Source: Terriglobia bacterium
Lineage (GTDB): Bacteria > Acidobacteriota > Terriglobia > JAJPHL01 > JAPKYU01
Direction: 5' to 3'
DNA: 64,000 nt
NCBI GenBank assembly: GCA_965206645.1
Contig: CBDBKE010000002.1
Coordinates: 32,001-96,000, forward strand
Position numbers and translations under genes: made by a program
Notes under the pieces: model-generated
The model's input: only the letters and a program-made list of their open reading frames with translations
Database searches by the model: none
What the model was told of the DNA's origin: nothing
Shown: positions 59,095-64,000 of the stretch, one piece after another
Numbering within the stretch: the first letter of the stretch is position 1
Layout: the number at the start of each line of letters is the position of its first letter

Positions 59095-60615
59095 ATGTAC
59101 TATGACTTCGATATGGTCGTAATAGGCGGAGGCGCGGCGGGTCTAACCGCTGCTGGACTTTCTGCTTCCCTGGGCGCCAAGACGGCGCTGGTGGAGGCGC
59201 GAAAGCTCGGAGGAGAGTGTACGTGGACTGGCTGCGTGCCGAGCAAGACCTTGTTAAAAGCGGCCAAGGTTGTGCATACCATGCGAATGGCTGACCGCCA
59301 CGGACTAGATCCTTCCACTCCCAACATTAACTTTGCGAAGGTGATGGAACACGTTCATGCCACACAAGCCCATATCTATTCGGAAGCCGACGCGCCGCCG
59401 ATCTATGAAAGCATGGGGGTACAACTGATCACCGCCCAGGCCAAGTTTCTGGATCCGCGCAGATTGGAAATTGTTGATGAACAAGGGACACGTTCGCAGG
59501 TGTCTTCCCGATATTTTGTGATCGCCACCGGCAGTGCGCCCCATATTCCTCCCCTAGAAGGACTCTCGACAACACGCTATCTGACGAATGAAACGATATT
59601 TACGTTGTCAGACCTTCCTCGAAGGTTAATTATTATCGGTGCGGGCCCCGTGGGGATCGAGATGGCTCAGGCCTTCCGTCGGTTAGGTTCGGAAGTGATT
59701 GTGTTCGACTTGGAAGATTCAATTCTGAGCCGGGATGACAAAGAATTGACCCGCCGGTTGCAGCAAAGCCTTGTTTCTGAAGGTATCCAATTCGCTCTGG
59801 CGAGGACAGTGAAGAAGGTGGAAAGAAGTGGCGCCGGCGTGCAAGTTACGGCTGGCACTGAAGCGGCGTCACCCGCACTTACGGTGAAAGGCGATGCTCT
59901 TTTACTTTCCAGCGGCCGCCGCGCCAATACGGACCAATTGAGTCTTGAGGCGGCCGGTGTGGCATTCAACAAAATTGGGATTCCTGTGGATAAGCATTGC
60001 CGGACATCAAGGAAACATATCTTCGCCTGCGGTGATGTGACGGGTCGTTATCAGTTTACCCACATGGCGGAACACATGGCGAAAATAGCTGTAAGCAACG
60101 CCTTGCTTCGTCTTCCTGTGTCGCTGGATTTCAAACATGTGACCTGGTGCACCTACACAGACCCCGAGTTGTCCCATGTAGGTGGGTCGGAAGAGGAACT
60201 CACAAGGCGAGGAATGCAGTATGAAGTCTATCGTTTTCCGTTCTCGAAAATCGATCGTGCCATAATCGACAATGAAACCACGGGAATGATCAAAGTGCTA
60301 GCCAGAAGTTTCACCGGCAAGATTCATGGTGTCAGCATCCTCGGTGCTAATGCCGGAGAGATGATTGGCGAGTACGCTCTGGCGATGCGGAACGGTGTCA
60401 CCCTGCGCCAGATTGCCGATACCATCCATCCGTACCCGACCTATGCCCTGGGCAATCGGCGTGCCGCAGACCAATGGTATGTCCGGAAACTCTCTCCTAC
60501 GTTCGTACGATGGCTGCAGCGCATCTTTGGTTACCGCGGACAATTACCTGATATCGCCGATCCCGCAGCAACGACTGGCATCAAGGGGGAGAAGCAATAT
60601 GGGAGTCACCGATGA
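59095..60615 (+). CDS. Class I pyridine nucleotide-disulfide oxidoreductase (mercuric reductase/LPD-like)
   Basis: IGGGAAG, GGECTWTGCVPSK, IATGS, GAGPVGIE, GDVTG, YTDPE and IHPYPT motifs. Confidence 0.92.
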   Translation: MYYDFDMVVIGGGAAGLTAAGLSASLGAKTALVEARKLGGECTWTGCVPSKTLLKAAKVVHTMRMADRHGLDPSTPNINFAKVMEHVHATQAHIYSEADAPPIYESMGVQLITAQAKFLDPRRLEIVDEQGTRSQVSSRYFVIATGSAPHIPPLEGLSTTRYLTNETIFTLSDLPRRLIIIGAGPVGIEMAQAFRRLGSEVIVFDLEDSILSRDDKELTRRLQQSLVSEGIQFALARTVKKVERSGAGVQVTAGTEAASPALTVKGDALLLSSGRRANTDQLSLEAAGVAFNKIGIPVDKHCRTSRKHIFACGDVTGRYQFTHMAEHMAKIAVSNALLRLPVSLDFKHVTWCTYTDPELSHVGGSEEELTRRGMQYEVYRFPFSKIDRAIIDNETTGMIKVLARSFTGKIHGVSILGANAGEMIGEYALAMRNGVTLRQIADTIHPYPTYALGNRRAADQWYVRKLSPTFVRWLQRIFGYRGQLPDIADPAATTGIKGEKQYGSHR

Positions 60616-60657
60616 AGTCCTGAAGACGAATGAAAGGCTACGCGAAGGACTTCAAGT
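60599..60657 (+). pseudogene. 5' scrap resembling a beta-carbonic anhydrase N-terminus
   Basis: SD AGGGGGAG then MGVTDEVLKTNE/(G)YAKDFK across a 1-nt shift; family call is from recall. Confidence 0.45.
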
Positions 60658-60669
60658 GCGAACGCGCCA

Positions 60670-60710
60670 ATGAAGATTGGGGTGAACCTCTGGATTTGGG
60701 AATCTCCCCT
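60670..60710 (+). pseudogene. 5' scrap resembling a sugar phosphate isomerase/epimerase
   Basis: MKIGVNLWIWESP, a typical TIM-barrel epimerase start. Confidence 0.4.
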
Positions 60711-60983
60711 CAAGGCTGCGGAAGCCCGTTGAGCCCCGTGATCGTCCAGTTCCCCGATATGCAATATCTTAACGCTGACCGAAGGGTCATACTTGATAGG
60801 CTCTTGTGATGGCGGCGGTTGGTGCAGCTGGTGACCAGGTTCCTCTCCGAAGAGGCCTGCCCATAGGCGGCTCGAAGTCGTTCTCGGGCCCGACTTCGCA
60901 AGAACCGTATCAGTAAAGAGGTACTGAAACAACGGACAATTACTCCAGGGTACTTCAAGACCAATGAAGTAGGGCATACGCTC

Positions 60984-63116
60984 ATGATTAGGCGCCTTGA
61001 CTGGCGAGTAATTGCGATTGTTTCTGCTTTTGTTTTCCAAGTATTCTTCTTTGTCCCGCTCCAAATATTTCTGAACAACATCACTGAATTCTCAGCGAGC
61101 CTCGCCCACTTGTGCTTCTTGTTCCTGCTTGCTTCATCCGGTTTGAGTGCCGTCTTATACTTTGCTGCCCGTAAGCTTCCCTCTCAGATATTCTTGTCAG
61201 CTGTTACATTCCTCAGCGTCGTGGCTTTCATTGGATCCAAGATATTGTTTGGTCTCGCGAGACATCGACCCTTTGACGGGACGTTGATTGATTGGGAGCC
61301 ACTAGTAGCGCTCTCACATTTCGAGCTGGCTACAATTGTCGCCCTTGCACTTCTGATTGCTGCACTCAGGCAGCACCAGGGGCTTTTCCATTCTGTTTCT
61401 CTCTTCATACTGCTATTCCATGGCATCGGGTTCCTTCATGCGACGATTACCAGGTTTGATTCGATTCGACAGTCCGCAAGAACCTTTCAAGATCTATCTC
61501 CTTACTTTAGAGATTTTTATCGCTTATCCAGAGAGCGCAACGTCATTCACATTGTGGCGGATAACACCCCGGGTGCCCTGATGTACGAGATTGTGGCTTC
61601 TAACTTCGATCGATACTCTGAAGTGTTCGATGGTTTCACTTTGTTTACTCGTGCTGCCGGGCGCTATCCACGCACTTTTGCTTCGATTTCATTTTTCATG
61701 ACAGGTCGGGGCCCGGACCCTGGGAAGGACTTTGTTCCATCTTTGCCTTTCACTCGTAAGTACATCTGGACGACTCTCAACGAACACTCCATCGTTAACA
61801 CGTTGGCCCTGCATGATTTCAGGACGTTCGCCTATCAGTGGCGCGGTTCCTATTGTGCAGGGAGTTACACGGCCTGTACGGCTGGGGACGTTTTCCACGG
61901 ACAGACGATTAGTTCGGGAAAAGCCACCCACACGGGACGGATCGGGCTTGAGCTTGTGGATATTGCCTTATTTCAGGTCACGCCGGTTCTGATTCGCCGT
62001 TACATCCATAATGACGAACGGTGGTTTCTGTCCCAGCTGGTGACAACAACGCGTACCTATTCGGCCATCTTTGATCTGTTTCTCGAAAACATGACAACCG
62101 ACGAGCGTGCAGGCTCTTACAACTATTTCCATGTCGCGGGCGGACATTCCCCAATACTGTTTGACGAGAACTGTGCCTACGTTGGGACGCAAAAAGAGAG
62201 CTACGAAAACATACGCGCCCAGGTCACCTGTACCTTATTGCAACTTGAGCGCTTGGTCCAAAAGCTCAAGCAACTAGGCATTTATGATGAAACTATGATC
62301 ATCATGCACAGCGATCACGGCAACCCATGGCTCACCCCATCGTTGAACTCTGTGGGGGACGCGGTTATGCTCCCGCGTGTGAGTGGAGGTGCAAACGCTG
62401 CTATATTGGTGAAACCGCCACAAATGCAGGGACCCCTAAGATTCTCACGTGCCCCAGTTAGCATAGGTGACGTCCCGGCGACGATCAACGATGCTTTTGG
62501 ACTGGATGGCCAATTCCCGGGTATTCCCATGGGTAGTCTTAATGAGACCTCCGAGCGTGAACGCGTATTCCTTTGGTATGAGCTTGAACCTGGAGGCCCA
62601 TGGGAAGATGTTCTGGAGGCGCTTCCCAAGGTTGTGCGCTATCGCATTCGTGGCGATCTATTCAGCCGCGAAGCCTGGATTCTGCCTTCCCCATCCGATC
62701 TAGAAGAGGCTCCTGCGGCCTTGACAATGGATCACCCGCGCTTCTCGCGTTTCGCTCTGGGTTTCAGCACACTTTGGGACCAAGAACGGCCAAAGCGCTG
62801 GGTTGAGGGTGCGCTAGCCCGCGCCTATCTTTCTTTCCCGACCGAAGGCAGGGCTCAGCTTGTGTTCGACACCGACCTACCCCCATGGATCACTGGGCAA
62901 TCAATGGAAGTTTCCGTCAATAACCTAATCGTCGCCAAATTGGACGAGCAAGACTTGGCTGGAAGCAAAAGGCACGTCACTCCCCTGCCGCACGACCTGC
63001 CCCGCAGAAAGGTCAATGTTATCGAATTTGCTATGGGAAAGGCAGCAAAGCTTGGTAACGATAACCGCCTTTTGTCAGTGGTATTTGCTTATGTCGGACT
63101 GGAACCGCTGGAGTAG
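60984..63116 (+). CDS. Membrane-anchored sulfatase/alkaline-phosphatase-superfamily (LTA synthase-like) protein
   Basis: About 5 N-terminal TMs; NVIHIVAD, YPRT, GHSP, YDETMIIMHSDHG and DVPATI motifs; lower GC. Confidence 0.82.
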   Translation: MIRRLDWRVIAIVSAFVFQVFFFVPLQIFLNNITEFSASLAHLCFLFLLASSGLSAVLYFAARKLPSQIFLSAVTFLSVVAFIGSKILFGLARHRPFDGTLIDWEPLVALSHFELATIVALALLIAALRQHQGLFHSVSLFILLFHGIGFLHATITRFDSIRQSARTFQDLSPYFRDFYRLSRERNVIHIVADNTPGALMYEIVASNFDRYSEVFDGFTLFTRAAGRYPRTFASISFFMTGRGPDPGKDFVPSLPFTRKYIWTTLNEHSIVNTLALHDFRTFAYQWRGSYCAGSYTACTAGDVFHGQTISSGKATHTGRIGLELVDIALFQVTPVLIRRYIHNDERWFLSQLVTTTRTYSAIFDLFLENMTTDERAGSYNYFHVAGGHSPILFDENCAYVGTQKESYENIRAQVTCTLLQLERLVQKLKQLGIYDETMIIMHSDHGNPWLTPSLNSVGDAVMLPRVSGGANAAILVKPPQMQGPLRFSRAPVSIGDVPATINDAFGLDGQFPGIPMGSLNETSERERVFLWYELEPGGPWEDVLEALPKVVRYRIRGDLFSREAWILPSPSDLEEAPAALTMDHPRFSRFALGFSTLWDQERPKRWVEGALARAYLSFPTEGRAQLVFDTDLPPWITGQSMEVSVNNLIVAKLDEQDLAGSKRHVTPLPHDLPRRKVNVIEFAMGKAAKLGNDNRLLSVVFAYVGLEPLE

Positions 63117-63574
63117 CGGCGACTGGCAGCTCCCTGTTTCCTTCGCTATAGCGCTTTCGCGATCAAGACATCGTTCGTCAGCAAAGGACTTTCGGCCCAC
63201 CAGGGCAGCAGGCTGCGAAAAGTTACTGAGGCACAGAAAGGAAGCTGATAAATGGTAATTTGCACTGAATGTATAGATCGTTCGGACTTGCAAATCGCTT
63301 TTACAATGTGGGACAGAAAACATCATACACGAGATTGCCAAGAGCAACGCTTAGACTACCAAAGTATAGAGCCCGCAATGAACTTATATCCTCCTGCGTG
63401 AAAATGAGCTGACAGTCTACTCACAAGAGGTGCAACAGCTATTATAGCAAAAGGTAAGACACTTTCAGTAAAGGGAGATTCTCCTCTGAGTTGTCTCGTT
63501 CACCCCGGCGGAGGTTAATTGCTGGGCAGGCGTGGATCAACCACGATGCGCGATCAAGTCATCCCTGTCGCCAC

Positions 63575-63790
63575 TTGGATGCATAACGGCCTTATCGGAA
63601 ACTGACCTACTACCCTGGCGTGCGTAGAGGGTCACTTGTCCGGTAAGCCGACTATACGGCCAAGTGACCGCTGACGTTAGAAAAGGAGCCGCAAGGCGGT
63701 GAGGTAGTTTCCGAGTCGCCGACTATTCGCCCAACTGAAACCGGGATTGATAAACGCCAGCCCGTTTGTGGGGACTATCGGCTTTGTGCA
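63575..63790 (+). ncRNA. Unclassified highly structured element (ncRNA or mobile-element terminus)
   Basis: Nested helices found by eye, a GCAA tetraloop and three GACTAT repeats. Confidence 0.45.
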
Positions 63791-64000
63791 TAGCTGACCT
63801 GGGAAAACCGGAGTCGCTACTTTCTACGGAAATCCAGACAATCTCGCAGGGAAAGATTCACCCGTCTCCGTCAGTTCACAGAGGTATCACACCTCGGTCT
63901 CGCCACTTGATGTTCCGTCGCTCCTTCGGCGAATCAAGTCTCCAACCCGGTTCATTTGAGCGATCCTTGGAAGAAATAAGCTAAAAGTGGATGTCCACCA

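Noticed and set aside
59095-60615. Mercuric reductase MerA
   Set aside because: No C-terminal Cys-Cys pair, no N-terminal metal-binding domain and no mer operon
63205-63225. GCAGGCTGCGAAAAG as an IS5/IS1182-like terminal repeat
   Set aside because: No partner repeat or transposase in the window
63575-63690. RNase P RNA, group I/II intron or attC reading of the structured element
   Set aside because: CGGCTTAC, GACTA/TAGTC and GCATAAC...GTTAG words are present. However, the RNase P GAGGAAAGTCC, a group II domain V and complementary attC L boxes are all absent.
1-64000. CRISPR array, rRNA or tRNA genes
   Set aside because: No regularly spaced 25-40 nt repeats with unique spacers, no cas genes, and no rRNA or cloverleaf/T-arm signatures were seen by eye
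63985-64000. Terminal ...TCCACCA as a tRNA/tmRNA 3' end
   Set aside because: No preceding GGTTCGA.TCC T-arm

Overview
GC-rich bacterial DNA, most likely Acidobacteriota. The evidence is a TIGR03437-type 'Solibacter' C-terminal domain and a TamA/BamA-SurA-TamB cluster; the taxonomy is an inference. The left 13 kb is accessory: an MFS transporter, an IolE-like TIM barrel, a large secreted SBBP/BACON/TIGR03437 protein broken by an IS3, mscS, a YyaL-like gene, and a decayed IS1-like island carrying a retropepsin-like protease and a second IS3. From 13 to 51 kb is a housekeeping block: rsmI, thiF/moeB, tamA-surA-tamB-pcm, ogt, trmFO-xerC, trpCFBA-chorismate mutase-tyrA, TSUP-cysH, two LysR regulators, aspartokinase-hom and ilvBNC-cimA. 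From 52 to 64 kb is accessory catabolic and envelope genes with gene scraps. The main discoveries lie outside the ORF track. (1) A Cys-codon leader peptide (MIDLASSFLSSCCSPPMCRGG) has a complete 1:2/2:3/3:4 attenuator ahead of the TSUP-cysH sulfur genes. (2) A leaderless Thr-rich leader peptide has an attenuator ahead of aspartokinase-hom. (3) At least seven genes appear to be leaderless. (4) Three rod-like structured-RNA candidates are present, the strongest at 63.6-63.8 kb. A few single-base frameshifts could be sequencing errors. No rRNA, tRNA or CRISPR array was seen.
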